A stretch of 42,631 bases of DNA, from NCBI GenBank assembly GCA_964405205.1, contig CAYOMU010000001.1, positions 1-42,631 on the forward strand, written 5' to 3'. This DNA is from Candidatus Woesearchaeota archaeon (GTDB lineage Archaea; Nanobdellota; Nanobdellia; Parvarchaeales; Parvarchaeaceae). Under the pieces are notes generated by a model. That model searched no databases and was not told the origin of the DNA. It was given only the letters and a program-made list of their open reading frames with translations. The position numbers were made by a program, and so were the translations under genes. Shown one piece after another: positions 35,383-42,631 of this stretch; within the stretch, counting starts at the first letter, position 1, and each line of letters opens with the position of its first letter.

Positions 35383-37153
35383 AGTAGAAAATGGCGCGTC
35401 AGTAGCGCAAAAACTTAGAGAGGCAAGAAGAAAAGGTGAGATTTCACCATTTATCGGCATTGCTTACGACAAAGATAAGGACGCTTTGATAGTAAACACC
35501 GATAACAATAGAATAATGAGACCTCTAATTGTAGTTAATAATGGGAAACCTTTAGTCGTTAAAGAAGATATAATTGCACTAGAAAAAGGAGAAATAACTT
35601 TTATGGATTTAGTAAAGAAAGGAAAAATCGAATTCTTAGATGCGGATGAAGAAAACGAAGCATATGTTGCAATGAATGAGGAAGATTTAACTCCACAACA
35701 TACTCATCTTGAATTATCTGCGCTTTCTGTCCTTGGATTTCAAGCAGCTATGCTGCCATTTGTAAATCACACATCACATTACAGAAACATAGTAGCTGTC
35801 AAAAGCTTGAAACAGGGAATAGGTACTTATACTGCAAATTATTTGCTTAGAGCAGACAACGATAGATATGTTGCAGTTGATCAGCAAGTTCCTATAGTTA
35901 AAACTATGTTATATGATGTAGTAGACTATGCTAAGCATCCATCAGGTCAAAATGTAGTTGTCGCAGTAGCATCTTATTTAGGTTATAACATGGATGATGC
36001 TATTATTGTTAATAAGTCAGCAATTGAAAGAGGATTATTTAAAGGATTTTTCTTCAGGCCATATAAAACTGAAGAAATAAAATACACTGGAGGAAGATCT
36101 GATGAAATAGGAATTCCAGATAAAGATGTAAGTGGTTATAGATCTGAAGAAGCTTACAGAAACTTAGACTCTGATGGAATTGCGAAGCCAGGAAGTTACA
36201 TTAAAGAAGGCGATGTAATTATTGGTAAGGTTTCCCCTCCGAGGTTTGCTTCTTCTATCGATAAGTTTAGGTTAGGTATTATAAAGCGAATAGAGTCCTC
36301 TGTTGCAAGCAGAAAGGGAGAGGAAGGCGTAGTAGACACAGCTATACTTACTACTAATCAAGAAGGTAACAAATACATAATTGTTAAAGTAAGAGAAGAT
36401 AGAACAGTCGAATTAGGAGATAAGTTTATGACTAGAGAAGGACAGAAGGGAGTAGTAGGTATGATACTAGATGAGGCAGATATGCCATTTACTCAATCAG
36501 GAATTATTCCAGATATTATTTTCTCTCCTTATAGTATTCCTTCTCGTTATACATTTTCTCTTCTTCTTGAATTAATTGCTGGAAAATCTGGTGCAATTAA
36601 TGCAAAATACTACGATGGAACTCCATTTCTTGGAGTGACAGAGGAAGAGATCAGAAAGGAATTAAAGGCGGCAGGGTTTAGAGATGACGGAGTAGAAGCA
36701 ATGTATAATGGCATAACCGGCAATAAGATGAATGCTAGAATTTTTGTTGGAGATTTATTTTATCTTAGACTTAAGCATACAACAGCTACAAAAATGCAAT
36801 GGAGATCAAGAGGACCTGTGCAGATATTAACTAGACAGCCAACTGAAGGAAAGGCAAGAGGAGGAGGATTAAGACTTGGAGAAATGGAAAAGGATGTTTT
36901 CGTAGCTTACGGTGCTGCAGCTGTATTAAAGGATAAATTCTCCTCAGATACTATGAAAGTGCCTGTATGTGAAAAGTGCGGATTGGTTGCAATATACAAC
37001 TTTAAGACTAAAACTGCTAGATGTCCTATTCATGGCGATAATGCACCTATTAAATTAGTAGAAGTACCAGCAGCATTTAATATTTTATTAAATGAAATGA
37101 AAACACTTGGAGTTTATCCAAGATTGATATTAGGTAGCAAATATGAAGATTGA
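35345..37153 (+). CDS. rpoB1: DNA-directed RNA polymerase subunit B' (C-terminal part of split Rpo2)
   Basis: Present are NMDDAIIVNKSAIERG, GQKGVVG, GGLRLGEMEKD and a C-terminal Zn motif CEKCG...CPIHG. Length is 602 aa. Confidence 0.97.
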   Translation: MSLVLLDGKPIGEVENGASVAQKLREARRKGEISPFIGIAYDKDKDALIVNTDNNRIMRPLIVVNNGKPLVVKEDIIALEKGEITFMDLVKKGKIEFLDADEENEAYVAMNEEDLTPQHTHLELSALSVLGFQAAMLPFVNHTSHYRNIVAVKSLKQGIGTYTANYLLRADNDRYVAVDQQVPIVKTMLYDVVDYAKHPSGQNVVVAVASYLGYNMDDAIIVNKSAIERGLFKGFFFRPYKTEEIKYTGGRSDEIGIPDKDVSGYRSEEAYRNLDSDGIAKPGSYIKEGDVIIGKVSPPRFASSIDKFRLGIIKRIESSVASRKGEEGVVDTAILTTNQEGNKYIIVKVREDRTVELGDKFMTREGQKGVVGMILDEADMPFTQSGIIPDIIFSPYSIPSRYTFSLLLELIAGKSGAINAKYYDGTPFLGVTEEEIRKELKAAGFRDDGVEAMYNGITGNKMNARIFVGDLFYLRLKHTTATKMQWRSRGPVQILTRQPTEGKARGGGLRLGEMEKDVFVAYGAAAVLKDKFSSDTMKVPVCEKCGLVAIYNFKTKTARCPIHGDNAPIKLVEVPAAFNILLNEMKTLGVYPRLILGSKYED

Positions 37154-39665
37154 AGATAGAGTAGATAGTAAGATAGTTGGGCTAGAATACGGCTTACTTT
37201 CACCAGCAATGATTAAAAACATGGCAGCTGTAGAAATAACATCACCAGAACTTTACGATATTGATGGGATGCCTGTAGATGGAGGACTAGCAGATACCCA
37301 CATGGGTGTAATAGATCCAGGATTGATATGTAAGACTTGTGGCAATTCAATTCACGAATGTCCTGGTCATCCTGGATACATTACTCTTGCAAGACCAGTT
37401 TATCACATAAAGTATTTGCCGACTATTGTAAATACATTGAATGCGACTTGCGAAAAATGCGGTAGGCTTTTACTAGATGATAAAACAATTGAAAAATTAA
37501 CAAACCTAATTAGTTCTCCAGAATATAAGGATCCTAGAAATAAAAGAAGACTTGTAAGATGGGTACTTAATAAAGCTACTAATACGAAAGTATGCCCACA
37601 TTGCGGTTATAAGCAAGAAAAAGCTAAATTGCAAAAACCATTTGATATCTACATAGGAAATAAGAAAGTAACTCCTATAGAAGTAAGGGAAAAGCTAGAA
37701 AAAATTCCAGATTCTGATGCAATATTGCTTGGATTTGATCCTGAGTTTTCTAGGCCCGAGTGGATGGTATTAGAACTGCTTCCAGTTCCTCCAGTAACTG
37801 TTAGGCCTCCAATTACCTTAGAAAATGGAATGAGAAGCGAAGACGATCTAACTCATGCTCTTGCTTCAATAATTAGAGTAAATGAAAAACTTAAAGAAAA
37901 TCTTAGATCAGGGGTGCCAATTCCATTTATTACTCAGATATGGGATGTATTGCAATATTATGTTGCAGTTTTAATGTCTAATAGTGTTGCTCAACTTCCA
38001 AAAGCAAAGCAAAGATCTGGTACAAAAACTTTGCGTGGCATTGAGGAAAGACTTAAAGGTAAAGAAGGTAGATTTAGAGGTGATTTGCTTGGAAAACGTG
38101 TAAATTATGCGGCTAGATCTGTTATTTCACCAGATTCATTTCTAGAGTTAGATGAGGTAGGAATTCCTCTTAAATTTGCTAAAGATATAACAATACCAGA
38201 AAGAGTTACTTCAATTAACATTGAGAAAATGAAAGAATTAATTAAAAATTATAATAAATACCCCGGAGCTCTTTACATTGTAACTCCTGACGGTATTAGA
38301 AAGAAAATTACTGATAACACAGTAGAGCAAATCCTTAAGGAATTAAACGAAGGCTATATAGTAGAGAGGACTTTAGTTGATGGAGATCTAGTATTACTTA
38401 ATAGGGAGCCAACCCTTCACAAATATTCCATAATGGCACATAGAGCAAGAATTTTACCAACTAAAACATTAACAATTAACCCAACAACAACAACGCCTTA
38501 TAATGCAGATTTTGATGGAGATGAAATGAATATTTTCATACCTCAAGATATTGAGGCATTTGCAGAAGCTCAAGAGTTAATGAGTGTTAAAAAGAATTTA
38601 GTATCGGTTAGGCACGCACTTCCATTAGTTGGAGCCAAGCAAGATTATATTTCTGGCTGTGCTATACTTACTTCTAAGGACTTCAAAGTTAATAAGAAGG
38701 AAGCTAGTTTTCTTTTAGCAAACATAGGAGTATATCCTGATCTGACTGAAGAGTATTACACTGGTAGAGAAATTTTCTCAATGTTGTTGCCTGACGATTT
38801 TGATTTTGAAGGTCCAAGCTCAATATATAATACTACACACAACGATGATGATTACGTTAGGATTCACAAAGGAAAGTTGATTAGTGGGATAATAGATAAT
38901 GCAACCATCGGAGTGGAAGATGGAAAATTAATTCAAAAGTTCTGGGTTAAGTATGGAGCAGAAAAAACCGCAGAATTAATAAATAGAATTGCAAGACTTT
39001 CTGTATTGGTATTGCTCCTTTATGGTTTTTCAGTTAAGATATCCGACTACGATATGGCTGAAGAGATAATAAAGAAGAAAGAGGAATTAGTGAATTCGAC
39101 TATCGAGCAAGTAGAAAAAATAATAAAAGAAGAAAAAGATCCAGAAGAGAGAGAAGAAAAGATTTTAATGTTAGCTGAAAATCTAAACATGTCTTTAATA
39201 AAGCTAGTATCTCCTAAAAACAAAGATACAAACATGGTTTATCACATGGCCGTTACAAAAGCAAAAGGAAGTTTAAGCAATATTGCTCCTAATGTGTTTT
39301 TAGTAGGCCAACAAATATTGTTCGGTAAACGTTTGTCAATAGGATATAAAAACAGAGTTTTATCTCACTTTCTTCCTAATTCTCAAGGTTTATTGGAAAA
39401 AGGATTTGTGTTTTCAAGTTATAGAAAAGGCCTTTCTCCAATAGAGCTATTTATGCATTCTATGGCAAGTAGAGAAACCTCTATGGATAATATGATTTCT
39501 ACTCCTAAGTCTGGTTATCTTTATCGTAGGCTATCATTCGCGTTAATGGATCTTTATGCTGATGAAAATAGATCAGTTAGATACGGAAATAGGATAGTAC
39601 AATTTTTATATGGGGAAGACGGAATAGATGTATCAAAAAGTGATAATGGTGGTTTGTCAATATGA
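37143..39665 (+). CDS. rpoA1: DNA-directed RNA polymerase subunit A' (Rpo1N)
   Basis: It has Zn motifs CKTCG / CPGH and the catalytic NADFDGDEMN; length is 840 aa. Confidence 0.97.
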   Translation: MKIEDRVDSKIVGLEYGLLSPAMIKNMAAVEITSPELYDIDGMPVDGGLADTHMGVIDPGLICKTCGNSIHECPGHPGYITLARPVYHIKYLPTIVNTLNATCEKCGRLLLDDKTIEKLTNLISSPEYKDPRNKRRLVRWVLNKATNTKVCPHCGYKQEKAKLQKPFDIYIGNKKVTPIEVREKLEKIPDSDAILLGFDPEFSRPEWMVLELLPVPPVTVRPPITLENGMRSEDDLTHALASIIRVNEKLKENLRSGVPIPFITQIWDVLQYYVAVLMSNSVAQLPKAKQRSGTKTLRGIEERLKGKEGRFRGDLLGKRVNYAARSVISPDSFLELDEVGIPLKFAKDITIPERVTSINIEKMKELIKNYNKYPGALYIVTPDGIRKKITDNTVEQILKELNEGYIVERTLVDGDLVLLNREPTLHKYSIMAHRARILPTKTLTINPTTTTPYNADFDGDEMNIFIPQDIEAFAEAQELMSVKKNLVSVRHALPLVGAKQDYISGCAILTSKDFKVNKKEASFLLANIGVYPDLTEEYYTGREIFSMLLPDDFDFEGPSSIYNTTHNDDDYVRIHKGKLISGIIDNATIGVEDGKLIQKFWVKYGAEKTAELINRIARLSVLVLLLYGFSVKISDYDMAEEIIKKKEELVNSTIEQVEKIIKEEKDPEEREEKILMLAENLNMSLIKLVSPKNKDTNMVYHMAVTKAKGSLSNIAPNVFLVGQQILFGKRLSIGYKNRVLSHFLPNSQGLLEKGFVFSSYRKGLSPIELFMHSMASRETSMDNMISTPKSGYLYRRLSFALMDLYADENRSVRYGNRIVQFLYGEDGIDVSKSDNGGLSI

Positions 39666-40747
39666 GCGAGATTCCGAGCAGTTACATTAATTTAGCGTCT
39701 AAAAAAGGAATTTCAGAAGAAGAACTTAAAAACTTATACGAGAAAGCACTAGTAGATCCTTACGAGCCCATTGGAATGATAGCAGCTCAAAGTATTAGTG
39801 AAGCATCAACTCAAGCAACATTAAGAACAAAGCACATTGCAGGAATACAAGAAGCGAGAACAAGTGCAACTTTGCCAAGGTTAATTGAAATTTTTGATGC
39901 TCATGATAGAGCAGAAAATCCAGTTATGTACATTTATCTTCTGCCAGAAATTGCAAAAGATCAGGATAAGGTTATTGATTTCGCGTACACAAAACTTAAA
40001 GAAGTAAAAGTTAAAGACGTTGTAGATGATTTTAATGTTGATCTTAGTAAATCACATATTATTTTTACTATCAGCAAAGAAAAATTAGAGGAAAACAGAA
40101 TAAAAGCAAATGTATTAGTAGATAGATTAGCACAATACGATCCGAAGTTAGAGAGCAATAAACTAATAATACAATCAAAATCAAAAGAATTTCACAAAGA
40201 CGCGCTTAGAATAATACATAGAGTAATGGAGCAAACAATTTCTGGTATAAAAGGAATTAATAAAGTGATTATTAAGCGTGAAAAAGAAGGAGATTATTAC
40301 ATTATAACAGAAGGTTCTAATTTGAAAGAAGTTTTAGAGCTTCCAGAAGTAGACGCTACAAGAACTTACACTAATGACATAATGGAAACTTATGAGGTCT
40401 TAGGTATCGAAGCCGCAAGAAATTTAATTGTGGAAGAAGCTCATAAAGCATTTGAAAGTGGAGGTTTAAGAGTTGATATAAGGCACATTATGCTTGTAGC
40501 AGATTTAATGTGTCAAGAAGGCCAAGTTGTGGGTGTAACCAGATATGGAATAACAGGAAGATCTCCTTCAATATTGGCCAGAATGGCCTTTGAGATGCCA
40601 GTTAGACATCTTTTGGAAGCAGCAGTTTTTCATGAAAAAGAAGAATTTAAATACATGGTAAATAATATAATAACTAACCAGATAATGCCAGTAGGTACAG
40701 GAAAAGTCAAAGTAATTGTTAAAGAAAATGGAACAGATAATAAGTGA
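39662..40747 (+). CDS. rpoA2: DNA-directed RNA polymerase subunit A'' (Rpo1C)
   Basis: It has trigger-loop-region motifs (GMIAAQSISEASTQATLRTKH) and forms an ATGA overlap with rpoA1. Confidence 0.95.
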   Translation: MSEIPSSYINLASKKGISEEELKNLYEKALVDPYEPIGMIAAQSISEASTQATLRTKHIAGIQEARTSATLPRLIEIFDAHDRAENPVMYIYLLPEIAKDQDKVIDFAYTKLKEVKVKDVVDDFNVDLSKSHIIFTISKEKLEENRIKANVLVDRLAQYDPKLESNKLIIQSKSKEFHKDALRIIHRVMEQTISGIKGINKVIIKREKEGDYYIITEGSNLKEVLELPEVDATRTYTNDIMETYEVLGIEAARNLIVEEAHKAFESGGLRVDIRHIMLVADLMCQEGQVVGVTRYGITGRSPSILARMAFEMPVRHLLEAAVFHEKEEFKYMVNNIITNQIMPVGTGKVKVIVKENGTDNK

Positions 40748-40982
40748 AGTTAAAAACGCGATTGCGCAAAATAAGCTTACAATAGGCATAAGAAGTACAG
40801 TTAGAGCTAAAAAACAAGGAAAACTATTAAAAGCAATATTTGCTAAAAATGCTCCAATAGAAATTATTGAAAAGTTAAATAAAGAAAATATTGAATCTGC
40901 AATGTATCCTGGGGATTCAGAAAGTTTAGCAATAACTTGTGGTAAACCTTTTAATATTGCAGTAGTGGGTATTCTAAAGTAA
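40728..40982 (+). CDS. rpl30e: 50S ribosomal protein L30e
   Basis: Its conserved position after rpoA2 and the GKLLKAIFAKNAP ... SESLAITCGKPFNIAVVGI pattern support the call. The first ATG is at 40728; 40716 is a TTG. Confidence 0.85.
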   Translation: MEQIISEVKNAIAQNKLTIGIRSTVRAKKQGKLLKAIFAKNAPIEIIEKLNKENIESAMYPGDSESLAITCGKPFNIAVVGILK

Positions 40983-40983
40983 T

Positions 40984-41403
40984 ATGAGAGTTAAGCTAGA
41001 TTCAGAAGCAATTTCTGCAATGAGTGTTTTCTCATCAGTTACAAATGTTACTCCTTTAGATACGTTTGAAGTAGACAATAAAAGAGCTTTTATAGTAGAA
41101 GAAGGAATGGCGCCTTTATGTGTTGGTAAAAATGGATCTACTGTTAAAATTCTTGAGAAAATGATGAATAAAGAGATAGTTATTTTAGAAAAAAGTGATG
41201 ATCCAATTAAAACACTTGCAAGTATATTTAGGCCTATTAAAATACTCACAGGCTATCAATCAACTGATTCTTTAGGTAACAAAAAAGTAGTAGTAGAATT
41301 AAATAAAAAGATTAAGAAAAGTACAATAGAACTTGCAGAGCAAATCTTAAAACGTTATTTTAATATATCTGAGTTGCAAATTAGATATGGGAAAAAAGCC
41401 TAG
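40984..41403 (+). CDS. nusA: Archaeal NusA-like transcription termination/antitermination factor (two KH domains)
   Basis: It is 139 aa with a GKNGSTVKILEKMMNKEI KH loop, and sits in the conserved position between rpl30e and rps12. Confidence 0.85.
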   Translation: MRVKLDSEAISAMSVFSSVTNVTPLDTFEVDNKRAFIVEEGMAPLCVGKNGSTVKILEKMMNKEIVILEKSDDPIKTLASIFRPIKILTGYQSTDSLGNKKVVVELNKKIKKSTIELAEQILKRYFNISELQIRYGKKA

Positions 41404-41824
41404 AGGGTTGTTTGCAGGCAGAGCGATATTAGAAAGAAAAGCAAAATTTAGATTTAGTAAAAAAGGCTCTTTGCATAAGTTTCTTAGGGATAGATGGAAG
41501 TATGATCCTTTAGAAGGAGCTCCAATGGCTTCTGGCATAGTTTTAGAGTTAAGAGTAAACACGCCTAAAAAACCTTCTTCAGGAAATAGACAGTGCGCTT
41601 TTGTAAGTTTAACTAAAAACGGAAAAGCAGTTACAGCGTACATTCCTTATCCAAATGGTAAAAAATACATAGAAGAGCACGATGTTGTTACTATTGAAAG
41701 AGTTGGTGGCGCTCAGTTGGGTGCAAGAGGAGATCTTCCAGGAGTTAAATTTAAAATTATAAAAGTAAGAGGAGTTCCATTAAGGGATATAGTAACTGGA
41801 AAGAAGCAAAAACCTGCTAGATAA
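41387..41824 (+). CDS. rps12: 30S ribosomal protein S12 (uS12)
   Basis: DPLEGAPMASGIVLE, KKPSSGNRQ, NGKAVTAYIP and GDLPGVKFKIIKV are present. Confidence 0.95.
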   Translation: MGKKPRGLFAGRAILERKAKFRFSKKGSLHKFLRDRWKYDPLEGAPMASGIVLELRVNTPKKPSSGNRQCAFVSLTKNGKAVTAYIPYPNGKKYIEEHDVVTIERVGGAQLGARGDLPGVKFKIIKVRGVPLRDIVTGKKQKPAR

Positions 41825-41826
41825 AT

Positions 41827-42426
41827 ATGGATTCTTATAATAAAGCAAAAAGAATATACGATTTGATTTTCTCTTCAGTTGAATTAAAAGATCAATCGAT
41901 TAAAAGATATTTAAATACATCAACTCCAATTAAATTAGGCGGTTTATTTGCAAATACAAAATTCGGCAAAGCAAGAGTAAATATAATTGATAGATTAGTA
42001 GGCCATTTAATGGTTCCTGGGCACAAAGGGAAGGATCATTATAGGACTTCTAAGGTAATGACTGGTAAATATAACACTGCTTTTAATCTGTTGCTAGAAG
42101 CATTTGATATAATAAAAAGTAAAGGAATGAATCCGATGGAAGTACTTATTAGAGCAATAGAAAATGGAGCTCCGAGAGAAGGTGTTACATACATGATAGT
42201 TGCTGGTCAAAGATTAGCTAGACAAGCAGATTTGTCACCAATAAAAAGAATAGACCTTGCGCTTAGGTGGATAGCTCAAGGTACCTATCAAACTGCTGCA
42301 GCAATACATAAGCCAGCAAAAGAGGTATTAGCTGAAATTCTTATATCCGCAAGTAAAAATGATCCAAACTCATTTTTAATTTCAAAGAGAATTGAGTTAG
42401 AGAAACAAGCAGCAGCAAGCAGATAA
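41827..42426 (+). CDS. rps7: 30S ribosomal protein S7 (uS7)
   Basis: The pattern IIDRLVGHLMVPG ... GKYNTAFNLL ... NGAPRE ... RIELEKQAAASR matches uS7, and the gene follows rps12. Confidence 0.95.
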   Translation: MDSYNKAKRIYDLIFSSVELKDQSIKRYLNTSTPIKLGGLFANTKFGKARVNIIDRLVGHLMVPGHKGKDHYRTSKVMTGKYNTAFNLLLEAFDIIKSKGMNPMEVLIRAIENGAPREGVTYMIVAGQRLARQADLSPIKRIDLALRWIAQGTYQTAAAIHKPAKEVLAEILISASKNDPNSFLISKRIELEKQAAASR

Positions 42427-42450
42427 ATTAAATAAAGTATAATATTTAAT

Positions 42451-42631
42451 ATGGATAAAGCAGCAATTTTAGTAACTGTTGAGCCTGGAAAAACAGAGCC
42501 ATTATATCAAAAAATAAAAGAGTTTTTACAAAAAAATAAAGCGCTTAAGTATTCTATGATGCTCTATGGCATTTACGATTATTTGTTTATTGTTGAAACA
42601 CCAGTAGAAAACCTGCAAAAATTAGTTTTAG
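42451..42631 (+). CDS. Partial ORF (runs off the window): stand-alone Lrp/AsnC-type ligand-binding (RAM) domain-like protein
   Basis: The ATG at 42451 is open to the window end. AILVTVEPGKTEPLYQKIKEF ... MLYGIYDYLFIVETPVENLQKLV resembles the AsnC_trans_reg fold pattern. Confidence 0.45.
   Translation, partial: MDKAAILVTVEPGKTEPLYQKIKEFLQKNKALKYSMMLYGIYDYLFIVETPVENLQKLVL

Overview
This window is an AT-rich (roughly 30% GC by eye), very compact archaeal chromosome segment. Coding density is above 90%, and many neighbouring genes overlap by 4-40 nt. The split rpoB, short divergent proteins and tight packing suggest a small-genome, DPANN-like or euryarchaeal-like archaeon; this is inference only. 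Almost everything is informational housekeeping: EF-2, L13/S9, Topo VI B+A, RFC small+large, LeuRS, ProRS, Trm5, TruD and Cdc48-ScpA-ScpB. Also present are S17e, S8e, RNase HII and the conserved rpoH-rpoB''-rpoB'-rpoA'-rpoA''-L30e-NusA-S12-S7 cluster. There are four tRNA genes: Arg-CCT, a Gln-TTG/Thr-GGT pair 1 nt apart, and an intron-containing Leu-TAA. An unlisted 38-codon L41e-like ORF is also present. I see no CRISPR array, transposase, integrase or recognisable defence island, and I cannot honestly point to a clear new multi-gene system. The observations most worth follow-up are listed here. (1) An ORB-box/G-string inverted-repeat cluster around a very AT-rich spacer at 57-257 looks like a replication origin. 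(2) A 92-codon N-terminal remnant of diphthamide synthase Dph2 abuts rnhB, while EF-2 keeps its target histidine. (3) Long identical nucleotide blocks are shared by the D1 and D2 halves of cdc48. (4) Several proteins are degenerate or modified: a HIT protein without the His triad, a truncated RFC large subunit with a degenerate Walker B, and a Top6B with an insertion of about 80 residues in the ATPase fold. (5) Two tRNAs deviate at near-invariant positions (C33 in Gln, C55 in Thr). (6) Several translationally coupled pairs or trios have unknown function: wHTH + KaiC-like ATPase, Orc-like mini-AAA+ + presenilin-like protease + DUF59, and pilin-like + wHTH + PduO-type adenosyltransferase. All protein family calls rest on motifs read from the supplied translations, not on database searches.
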